Positions 1 to 8,960 of a DNA stretch of 39,115 bases are shown here, piece by piece. The notes beneath the pieces were generated by a model. It worked only from the letters and a program-made list of their open reading frames with translations. It ran no database searches and was not told where the DNA came from. Both the position numbers and the translations under genes were made by a program. The stretch is taken from positions 61,999,179 through 62,038,293 of the forward strand of contig NC_068985.1 in assembly GCF_001194135.2 (NCBI RefSeq), given 5' to 3'. Every line of letters starts with the position of its first letter. Within the stretch, counting starts at the first letter, position 1. Source of the stretch: Octopus bimaculoides. Lineage: Eukaryota.

Positions 1-77
1 TATATATGTGTGTGTGTGTGTGTGTGTATACATATATATGTGTGTGTGTGTGTGTGTGTATACATATATATATATAC

Positions 78-109
<32 letters not shown>

Positions 110-178
110 ATACATATATATATATACATATATATATATATGTGTGTGTGTATACATATATATATATACATATATATA

Positions 179-220
<42 letters not shown>
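1..220. repeat. Compound (TG)n/(TA)n microsatellite, probably the expanded internal microsatellite of the adjoining SINE
   Basis: Alternating TG and TA tracts run directly into TACGATGGG, the same junction as at ~13540 inside the full-length SINE copy. Confidence 0.9.
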
Positions 221-222
<2 letters not shown>

Positions 223-385
223 CGATGGGATTTCTTCAGTTTCCGTCTACCAAATCCACTCATAAGCCTAGGTCTGCTAGGGGGTATAGTAGAAGACATT
301 TACCTAAGGTGTCATGCAGTGGGACTGAACCTAGAACCATGTGGTTGGAAAGCAAGCTTCTTACCACACAGCTACGCGTGCGGCT
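221..385 (-). mobile_element. tRNA-derived SINE, family 1 (Octopus OR/Twix-like), head and core
   Basis: Closely similar to 13538-13701 (CAGTTTCCGTCTACCAAATCCACTCA...GCAGTGGGACTGAACC...CTTACCACACAGC). The minus strand has A-box-like GGCTGTGTGGTAAG and B-box-like GGTTCAGTCCC. Confidence 0.85.
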
Positions 386-683
386 ATATATAAAGAAAGA
401 TCACAAATGGATAAAGGTTTGCTATAGCTGTCTCAGGCGTTCTTTTCGTTGATGGATAATTTGATTACGTCATGAAAAATACAAAGATGTGGCATGTACA
501 CTGACCCTCTCGTTTGGTTCAAATGAATCCTACAAATAATTAATTACACCCCCCACTCATACACACAAGAAATAAAGTAAGGAAGAATTTATAGAATAGA
601 TCATGCAGAGGTTCTCTAAACTTAATACTTCTCACGATTTGAATTTTACGCTAGATGGATATGTATGTATGTATGTATGTATG

Positions 684-1710
684 CACGAAGTGGTATCAAA
701 GAATTCCCGGACTAGTGATGTTTAATAAAAAATAACCTATTTACCTAAGTTTTAACATCACATCCTTCGAAATAGTCACCTTGCGCAGTAGTACACCGGT
801 TCTAGCGTTCCTGCCACTTTTGGAATCCGGCCTGGCGAGTAGGACCTTCTACGATTCACTCTTGGTGTCGACAACGTTGTTAAAACAGTGACTTTTGAAC
901 TACATTTTCATCTTGGGAAAGAGATGGAAGCCCGCAGGTGCTAAATCTGGCGAATAGGGCTGATGTTGAAGCGATACCATGTTGTTTTGGTTGAGAAACT
1001 CACGAGTGAGGAGAGCACGGTGACATAATTCGTTGACATCGTGAAGAATCCAGACGTTAGGAGTGCTTGCATGGACCCATATGACAGACCAACAGCATCA
1101 GCAGTGTCGTTGATTGTCTTCCGACGATCTTCATGCACAAGCTAATGATTGACGTTCCGGGATTGACGCTCATCGTCCTCCTGGAACGCTCTTCCGCTTT
1201 TGAAGCGACCGTGCCACTCTAAACATTGCGTGCGACCCATTGCTTCGTTACCGTAAGATTGCCGAAGCTTGCTCAATGTCTCTGTAGCAGAATCTCCAAA
1301 TTTAACGCAAAATTTCACGTTGGCTTTTTGTTCCAACTTCCTTTTCATGACAAAAATCGCAGACTACAGCATACACGTAATCACAAAAATACAAATGACT
1401 GCCAGGCCGGATTCCAAAAGTGGCAGGAACGCTGGGACCGGTGTATTGCTGCACAATATGAATATTTCGAAGGAGATGATGTTAAAACTTAGATAAATAG
1501 GTTATTTTTTATTAAACATAACTAGTCCGGGAATTTTTTCGTACATACATACATACATACATACATACAACTTGCGAACTAAAATAGCGATGTCACTCGG
1601 CACACTGCCTTACGAAAGTGACTGGCAGCTCTCACTGCGCACGCAAGTGTGTGCTGCCATCTATCGGCACGCTACAGAACTAGTTCGAGAACTTTTTGAT
1701 ACCATCTCGT
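684..1710 (-). mobile_element. Mariner DNA transposon, internally deleted and rearranged
   Basis: TIRs CACGAAGTGGTATCAAAGAATTCCCGGACTAG (684) and CTAGTTCGAGAACTTTTTGATACCATCTCGT (ends 1710). Transposase pieces lie on the minus strand. An extra inverted 3' end sits at 1398-1543. Confidence 0.85.
757..1348 (-). pseudogene. Mariner transposase remnant: N-terminal HTH and C-terminus, most of the catalytic domain deleted
   Basis: EQKANVKFCVKFGDSATETLSKLRQSYGNEAMGRTQCLEWHGRFKSGR (mariner HTH), HEDRRKTINDTADAVGLSYGS, a PYSPDLAP motif near 940-965, and an FQKWQER..R C-terminal signature. Confidence 0.85.
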
Positions 1711-1714
1711 TTGT

Positions 1715-1890
1715 GTACGTATATGAATGCGCGTGTGTATACATGCATATATGTATGGATGGATGGATGGATGTATGTATGTATGTATGTATGTATGTAT
1801 GCATGTGTGTATGCATGCGTGTACGTATATATGTATGCATGCGTGTACGTAGGTATGTATGCAAGTGTGTATGCATACACATACTTATAC
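1715..1890. repeat. (TATG)n/(GGAT)n compound microsatellite
   Basis: Direct reading of the sequence. Confidence 0.85.
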
Positions 1891-3294
1891 ACGTATTATC
1901 GCTTAGCCAGGAGGGAAGGGTAATTGACTTTGTCCTATAGAGAGCCCCCGAAACTTGCGAGATAAATCATTAAATTGTAGACAAAAGGATAGTGTTTGCT
2001 ATAGGAATTCAAAGACCAGTTGGATGAGCAGCTGAGTGACAGGTTAAGTCCACCATCCATGTAAGCCAAAGAAAGTTTTAAATTTATAATGTCATAGTCG
2101 GAACAAGTACTACGAAACATCCAGTTCGACCTTCCAAAATTTCCCCTGCCCTTCGCTTCGACAGTTGCTTTATCGCTAGTAATATTGTATATAATGTAAC
2201 AAATGTTAAACTAAACGTAGTCTTTAAAATATTCAGGTTTATTAATGTTAGTGTAACTCTGCCTCCATCAGTAAAGTATCTTCAAGTTCATTAATGTTGT
2301 TCTAAGCAACACTTGAGTAATAATAAATCTTTTGTGACTGGATTATCTTTATAAATATTGTTTTATGAGATTATAATTGTAGTATAATTGTTATTCGTAT
2401 TTGTTAATCCCTCTGATATGGTATTTGTAAGAGGAGCCTACTTTCAATATTGCTTATGATTCATCAGTTGAAATGAATAATAAAATGAAAGAAAACAAAA
2501 CATATCTAGCAGGGTTGAGGTAGTATCAATGTTAATAATAACTGGTGTGTGTTTAGATTGTAACTCACTTTCTTCCCCGAATTCCCAACATATTTTATGT
2601 TAAATAGGCTACACAATTCTTACAGTTTAGTGTACTGGTTATGCGCACGCATTCAGGAAAGTCACGAATATAATATACGTTAATTTATTTTCATTATGCA
2701 CAACATTATTACTGAAATCTTTTTCATGGAAGAGACGATGAAAGATGAAGCTGAACTACTCAAATTTAATGCAAAAAGACAAAGTAAGCCATTGTGTTGG
2801 CTTTAAAATATATTTTGTGGTTAAATCGCACCAGTCTATAACTGAGATTTAATGATATTGAAATAATAATGTTTTAGCTCTTTCTGAATTCCATCTCAGA
2901 TCAATATGTTACAGACAAAATTAGGTACGTCAATACCTATGAATTGAATTTATTAAATAATAGATTCTTGCACATCCATAAATCGGTGGGATAGTACTAG
3001 ATGAATTGAATTTAACTATATCTACTGGATCAGGCTTGATCTGGGGTCAAACACCCTCACCCAGGCCACTAAAACAACTCTCTAGTTTAAAATTTTTCAA
3101 CGATTTTCAAAATCCATATAAAGATTGAACCAGGTCACACGATGCATGATAATTCACTCTTAAAACAATATAAAAGGTCTGACCATATCTATAGTATTGA
3201 AGCTAGCTATCAAGCATGTGGACATAAAAGTACTAAACAAATCTAATGGCGGGTAGGTCACATGTTTTTTAGCGCTCTCATTGCTAATGTGGGT

Positions 3295-3435
3295 ACAGTG
3301 ATTGCCGTGTTAAGATCGTTTTGCAGCTCCTTGGTTTCTAGTTCGAGACTATATCGCAATATCTCGTGTAATACCATAGCCTTGGGTCGACCAAATCTTT
3401 GTGAGAAGGAATTTGGTAGACGGGAAGTGTGGAAG
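3295..3435 (+). mobile_element. Old degenerate SINE head and core related to family 1
   Basis: ATAGCCTTGGGTCGACCAAATCTTTGTGAGAAGGAATTTGGTAGACGGGAA matches the family 1 core ATAGCCTCGGGCCGACCAAAGCCTTGTGAGTGGATTTGGTAGACGGAAA. B-box-like AGTTCGAGAC lies upstream. Confidence 0.55.
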
Positions 3436-3588
3436 TCGATTGGAGGAACTGTTTCTGCTCTCAGACTTAATTTGTCACTACCTGGTCCTTGGGAAACCCT
3501 AGTGGAGTCCACTCTGTTGTCACAAGGTTTATCATTGATACCAAGGTCTTAAGGACCCTTACCAGGGATTATTTTGTGGTCAGCCAGT

Positions 3589-3746
3589 CTAATATTCCCA
3601 TTTACTCCTTGGTACCTTTAATGGAGTACACTCAATTGTCACCCTTCGAACAGCAGCACACCTTCTCCCTTGAGTACATTTAGGGCAATTCACTCCGTTG
3701 CAAGCATTTGGACCAATCCACTGGTTGGAGCACAACTTCTCCACTT
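3589..3746 (-). CDS. Candidate terminal coding exon encoding a Cys-rich peptide of unknown family
   Basis: Acceptor GTTTTTTGTGGTTTTATCAG. Only one frame stays open >25 codons: xVEKLCSNQWIGPNACNGVNCPKCTQGRRCAAVRRVTIECTPLKVPRSKWEY*, with 6 Cys. A donor-like CTG|GTAAGG lies 26 nt after the stop. No recognisable TE motif. Confidence 0.45.
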
Positions 3747-3764
3747 CTGATAAAACCACAAAAA

Positions 3765-3840
3765 ACACACACACACACGCACGCACGCACGCACGCACAC
3801 ACGCACGCACGCACGCACGCACGCACGCGCGCACTCACTC
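3765..3840. repeat. (CA)n/(CGCA)n microsatellite
   Basis: Direct reading. Confidence 0.9.
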
Positions 3841-4204
3841 ACTGTACTTAATGTGCGCGTATGTGTAAAAGAGAGGGGAAAACGGAACGGGTATATAAAT
3901 TAGCCGGGCACATTGTATCAGGTGACCACAAGATATCACGTGACCAAAAGATATGCGAAGATAGTTTTACTCGATTGATTTCTCTGTTTGTATTATGTGT
4001 TTCCGATGTAATTACACCTGGACATTATACAGCTTGAACAATATAGCGAAAAGGAGAGCTAAAATAACGTAAAGTACTAGTGGTATTAAGGTCGACTGAG
4101 TGCTGCAAATGATGAAGTTTTCATTCATTAAAATTTCTCACGTGCTGAAGAGAGAAATAAAAATCAAGAAGATACTATTTTTTCTTTCTCTATTGTAGAT
4201 ACAA

Positions 4205-4400
4205 GAAGTGAAATTTTTGGAATAGGGACTAGTCGATACTATTGACTCTGGTACTCGACTGGTAGTTACTTTATCAAGTCCGAAAAAATGAAAAGCACAG
4301 ACAGCTCCATCGGAATCTGAATTCAGAATGTAAGATTTGGAAAAAATGCTACTAAACATTTTGTCCACCACGGCAACAGTTCTACTAGCTTGTCGCCTTT
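4205..4400 (-). mobile_element. Degenerate tRNA-derived SINE, family 2
   Basis: Decayed match to the reverse complement of the 20408-20639 copy (AGTCGAT..ATTGAC..TGGTA..TTTATC...GAATCTGAATTCAGAA...TACTAGCTTGTCGCCTT). Confidence 0.55.
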
Positions 4401-4415
4401 TGAAATGGAGTGAGG

Positions 4416-4648
4416 ATAATATTGGTTTTAAATTTTGACACAACGCGAGCAATTTTGTGGGAGGCGGCTAGTCAATTCTATTGATCCCAGTTCTTAACTG
4501 GTACTTATTTTATCAACTCCGAAGGGTGAAAGGCAAAGTCGGAATTTGAACCCAGAACGTGAAGACAGACGAAATGCATTTTGATCGGCGTGGAAAATGC
4601 TAATCATTATGCCCGGCGTGCTAACGATTCTGCCAGCTCGCTGCCTTC
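4416..4648 (-). mobile_element. tRNA-derived SINE, family 2 (Deu/Nin-like central domain)
   Basis: GTGCTAACGATTCTGCCAGCTCGCTGCCTTC head, GGAATTTGAACCCAGAA B-box, and TGGTACTTATTTTATC...GAAAGGCAAAGTCG core on the reverse strand. Confidence 0.8.
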
Positions 4649-4691
4649 TGGGGTGTGGGGATAATATTAAGAAATATTTGGTTTGTACAAT

Positions 4692-4801
4692 GACAGCTTC
4701 CGGTTTATGTAACGACGGTTCCCAGTTTATGTACCGACGACTTCCGGTTTATAGACCGACAACTTCTGGCTTTTGCATCAATGACTTCCGATTTGTGCAA
4801 C
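4692..4801. repeat. Five-copy 22-bp minisatellite with an (A/G)CTTCCGG core
   Basis: Units: gacagcttccggtttatgtaac / gacggttcccagtttatgtacc / gacgacttccggtttatagacc / gacaacttctggcttttgcatc / aatgacttccgatttgtgcaac. Confidence 0.8.
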
Positions 4802-5439
4802 TTCAAGTTTGAAAAATGAGGAGACATATCGCATCATTGAGGAAACGTTTGAATTTAATCCAGGTTGCAACACTGAATATTTTGTCATTCAACAAAAAGT
4901 GGTTCTCACAACAATGGAATGAAAGAGAGGAATAAAGACAGAAAATTCAATGAAGTTCTAAAGACAAGAAAGATAGTGACTGAAAGGTGTCCAAATTAAA
5001 GGAACAAATGGATTTGAAGTTCAAATTTTATGTTTTTAAGATTTTACGCAATTACATGCATAAAAACTACTTAGGGCCCACAGTGAACATGCAACGAAAT
5101 ATGGATGATGAAATCTAAAAAACATATAAATACATATGTACATATATTAAGAATATGTTGTAGTTTTCTTTTTACGGTGCAAGTTCCGATACTTTTTGAT
5201 CAGACCTGGTACAAATATATGCGCACATACATATATACATACACATGCACACACATACATATATATATAAGANNNNNNNNNNNNNNTATATATATATATA
5301 TATATATATGTACATATATATATTATATACATAATACACCTAAAAATAACAATTGATTCCGTTGTATGCATATACATATATAAATATGGATATGTATTTA
5401 TGTAGACATATGTGTATATATAAAAGTTTATGTATGTAT

Positions 5440-5780
5440 TTATATTTACAACTTAACCTTATGAATTTTCTAAACTCTCTGACGAAGACCAGAGGCACAC
5501 CCAAGTACCTTAATTTTATATACCAAATACTTCAGTTCACTGAAGGGCTGGAAGTAAAGTGGGGTACTGTAACCTCTTGGCTGAAACAGCTGAATGAAAC
5601 TATTCTACTTCCTATGTTCTACGTAATATATTTTAATAACTACTGGTATTGTTATATATGTAAAGCATAATCTGTTATACATGTATGTATATTGTTATAA
5701 TTGTTTTTTTTTAAATAGACATAATATAATGTCTAAAAGTTGATGAACACCACCTCTTGATCCCCTCCATTTTCTTATTG
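5440..5780 (+). mobile_element. Non-autonomous hammerhead-carrying element, copy 1 (Penelope-pLTR or retrozyme-like)
   Basis: Homologous to 30150-30457 in its leader (AACTTAA(C/A)CTTATGAA), hammerhead, and 20-nt identical end TCCCCTCCATTTTCTTATTG followed by (TA)n. Confidence 0.65.
5472..5605 (+). ncRNA. Degenerate type I hammerhead ribozyme-like motif
   Basis: CTGACGA (5479-5485); stem II AGACCAGAGG/CCTCTTGGCT; GAAAC-AGCT-GAA (5583-5594). The triplet is GAA rather than GUH and stem I is disrupted. Confidence 0.5.
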
Positions 5781-5782
5781 CC

Positions 5783-5831
<49 letters not shown>

Positions 5832-6098
5832 TACTTGGAAATGGATGCGTCCCGTTCAATCATATAATAATATAATATGATATAATATATATATATATAT
5901 ATACATTTGCATATATGGGTACAGGACATCATAAAACGTAAACATGAAATACGAAAACAAAATATAAATATATAATAATAATAACAACAACAACAACAAT
6001 AATAATAATAATAATAAAGTGACAACAAAGAATGAGACCTCGATATTAGGTAAATAGAGGATATTTATACATGTATAGTTTAGGATAATCAGTAAATT

Positions 6099-6169
6099 GT
6101 CATAATGGTACTCAGAGTTTCAAATGCCGGAGCTAAGAGCTACGATGCAGTCTCATCGGCTATCATGGC
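6099..6169 (-). ncRNA. Type I hammerhead ribozyme-like motif with one core substitution
   Basis: Minus strand: GCCATGATAG-CCGATGA-GACTGC..CGTAGCT ctt AGCTCCG..GCATTT-GAAAC-TCTGA-GTA-CCATTATGAC. Stem I pairs at 8 of 10 positions; GUA triplet. Confidence 0.55.
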
Positions 6170-6950
6170 AATAGACGCTATAAAAAATGTTGAATAGAAG
6201 GAAGTTACTTTAATAGGTAGAAAAATATAAAAGATAAAAAAATATACGCAACCATATTCTCACAATACATAAACATAAAACTTACTGCGTTCATAACGTC
6301 TACATACGTACACACAAACACAAACATGTATATGTACATGCCCATACACATACAAACATATATGTGCATTTATGTATTCATTCACATATCCACACACACA
6401 CGCACACATATATGCATATGTATGTATAGGTACAGGACGTACACAACATGCAGTACGAAAACAAACGAGTCAAATACGCAAGCAACGAGAGTAAAAATGG
6501 AAAACAGGACAAATGACCACAGAGAACGACCCTTCACCAGTTGTCCGCTGTCTAGCTACTCCTAATTTCGAGCATTCAACGACAATATGAGTCATCAAAT
6601 TTTGGATTTATGGGGTGTAAAAGTTGGGAACAAAAACAGGACTGTAGAGACATACAAGGAAACCGAACGAAAACAAACATGGAGGGTCGTTAGGCCAGAA
6701 CGAGCAGAAAATAACGAACACTGGGAGAAATATTTTCTTTCAAAAGAGAAAAGATAGAAGAGAGAAAAAGGAAACGTTATGCACGAAAAGGAAGAAGGTC
6801 ACGTGAGGCCTTTAACTTGAAAGATTATTATTATTAAACCGTGACATTTTATGTATTGAACTAATAATAGCTTTCCTACACTTACACATATTTCTGCTAT
6901 ATTCCTATTTTATTTTATTTATATTATTTAAATAGTAGAATACGTTTTTT

Positions 6951-7071
6951 GAATTTATAAGACCTGAAGAGTACCGTCATTCTGAGTAGAATTTATCTTG
7001 ATCGATTGATTGTAAATTGCACAGATTTTTCTACTATTATGTGGCTACGAAACGCGCGAAGTCTATAATTC
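6951..7071 (+). ncRNA. Degenerate type I hammerhead ribozyme-like motif
   Basis: GAATTTATAAGAC-CTGAAGA(6964-6970)-GTA..AGTAGAA...TTCTACT..TAC-GAAAC-GCGC-GAA-GTCTATAATTC. Stem I forms with two bulges, loop 3 is palindromic, and the triplet reads GAA. Confidence 0.5.
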
Positions 7072-8304
7072 ACTTTCTTTTTTATAAACTTACTAAACTG
7101 AATTTAATTTTTAATTTTAATATAATATTTTATAGATTTTATGGATTATAAACTTTTCTTATAGATTTTTAAATTAGTATTTTGTAGAGTACGTTTTTCT
7201 TGATGGTGTATGATCTCCTTCATTGTTTGGATTTCATCTTGGTGGTTCTTCTCTAAATTATTAATATATATATATATTAATACAAAATACTAATTTTAAA
7301 ATCTATAAGAAAAGTTTATATATNNNNNNNNNNNNNNNNNNNNNNNNNNNNNNNNNNNNNNNNNNNNNNNNNNNNNNNNNNNNNNNNNNNNNNNNNNNNN
7401 NNNNNNNNNNNNNNNNNNNNNNNNNNNNNNNNNNNNNNNNNNNNNNNNNNNNNNNNNNNNNNNNNNNNNNNNNNNNNNNNNNNNNNNNNNNNNNNNNNNN
7501 NNNNNNNNNNNNNNNNNNNNNNNNNNNNNNNNNNNNNNNNNNNNNNNNNNNNNNNNNNNNNNNNNNNNNNNNNNNNNNNNNNNNNNNNNNNNNNNNNNNN
7601 NNNNNNNNNNNNNNNNNNNNNNNNNNNNNNNNNNNNNNNNNNNNNNNNNNNNNNNNNNNNNNNNNNNNNNNNNNNNNNNNNNNNNNNNNNNNNNNNNNNN
7701 NNNNNNNNNNNNNNNNNNNNNNNNNNNNNNNNNNNNNNNNNNNNNNNNNNNNNNNNNNNNNNNNNNNNNNNNNNNNNNNNNNNNNNNNNNNNNNNNNNNN
7801 NNNNNNNNNNNNNNNNNNNNNNNNNNNNNNNNNNNNNNNNNNNNNNNNNNNNNNNNNNNNNNNNNNNNNNNNNNNNNNNNNNNNNNNNNNNNNNNNNNNN
7901 NNNNNNNNNNNNNNNNNNNNNNNNNNNNNNNNNNNNNNNNNNNNNNNNNNNNNNNNNNNNNNNNNNNNNNNNNNNNNNNNNNNNNNNNNNNNNNNNNNNN
8001 NNNNNNNNNNNNNNNNNNNNNNNNNNNNNNNNNNNNNNNNNNNNNNNNNNNNNNNNNNNNNNNNNNNNNNNNNNNNNNNNNNNNNNNNNNNNNNNNNNNN
8101 NNNNNNNNNNNNNNNNNNNNNNNNNNNNNNNNNNNNNNNNNNNNNNNNNNNNNNNNNNNNNNNNNNNNNNNNNNNNNNNNNNNNNNNNNNNNNNNNNNNN
8201 NNNNNNNNNNNNNNNNNNNNNNNNNNNNNNATATATATATATATATAATAAAATTTAATATATATTAAATAATTTATAAGGAAGACAGTGTACTGTAAGC
8301 TTTA

Positions 8305-8410
8305 TTTAGCACAATGATCGTTTCGGCTTCCATTGCTCCCTTGTGGGTAAGGAACGATATGGAATCGAAGACACCCTGACAGTATTGAAGAAAGCTCATC
8401 AGGTTACATA
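8305..8410 (-). ncRNA. Degenerate type I hammerhead ribozyme-like motif
   Basis: Minus strand: CTGATGA (8402-8396)-GCTTTC...GGAAGC-C-GAAAC-GATC-ATT. Loop 3 is the palindrome GATC; G16.2 reads A (CpG-type decay); stem I is weak. Confidence 0.45.
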
Positions 8411-8828
8411 ATAGGTTACAGTGTTATAATATGTACATTTCGCTACTGTGTGTGGTAAGATGGTGTTGTTATGATGCGTGCTTTAATAGTAGTTCACAAA
8501 TCCATTAATAAGGCAGGATGTTTGCTATGCATTCGAAGGGTGGTAGGTAAAAATGCAAAGAATCATAAACAACGAATAAATGGGAAGGTCAGAATGGCTT
8601 TTGAATGAAAGGCGCTCTAAAGGTTGTGGAGTTCTTTGATAGTTGATCATGTGTATCATTCGTGACACACACACACACACACATAGATATATATGCATTT
8701 ATATACATACACACATCCACAGATACATATATATCCATGCATATATATATATCTATATATATATATATATATACAGATGTACATACATGCCCGTGCACAC
8801 AAGCCTGGACATACATATACACATACAC

Positions 8829-8871
<43 letters not shown>

Positions 8872-8960
8872 CAGTAAACTTTGTAATCGTTACCAATATA
8901 GCATAAGACGTCACCCCAAAGGATCATTGATTAGATTCCTTAAGGATCGTTCTCATTGTT

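Noticed and set aside
6-452. ORFs of up to 148 aa rich in C, V, Y, I (also 1661-1923, 8589-8927, 14611-14980, 15395-15712, 28178-28594, 33002-33397, 35277-35546, 36626-37050)
   Set aside because: They are translations of di-, tri- and tetranucleotide microsatellites, which lack stop codons by construction.
2025-2130. GGATGAGCAG...CTACGAAACATCCAGTT hammerhead-like string
   Set aside because: The core is altered at two positions, loop 3 is not palindromic and there is no convincing stem I.
2425-2475. Minus-strand CTGATGA-15 nt-GAAA-G-TAGG-CTC
   Set aside because: The spacing is right but neither stem I nor stem II pairs.
3921-3956. 18-bp tandem duplication creating TCACGTGAC (E-box/CLEAR-like)
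   Set aside because: A single short motif with no supporting context.
4692-4801. CRISPR-like regular spacing
   Set aside because: Units are contiguous diverged tandem copies with no unique spacers, the context is eukaryotic and no cas genes are present.
6545-6615. Minus-strand TTGATGA...GCTC-GAAAT-TAGGA-GTA hammerhead-like string
   Set aside because: C3 is missing, stem II is out of register and stem I does not pair. At most a heavily decayed copy.
7147-7320. 40-bp inverted repeat (7147-7186 vs 7281-7320, one mismatch)
   Set aside because: It ends at the edge of a gap in very AT-rich sequence, so a contig-end artefact cannot be excluded.
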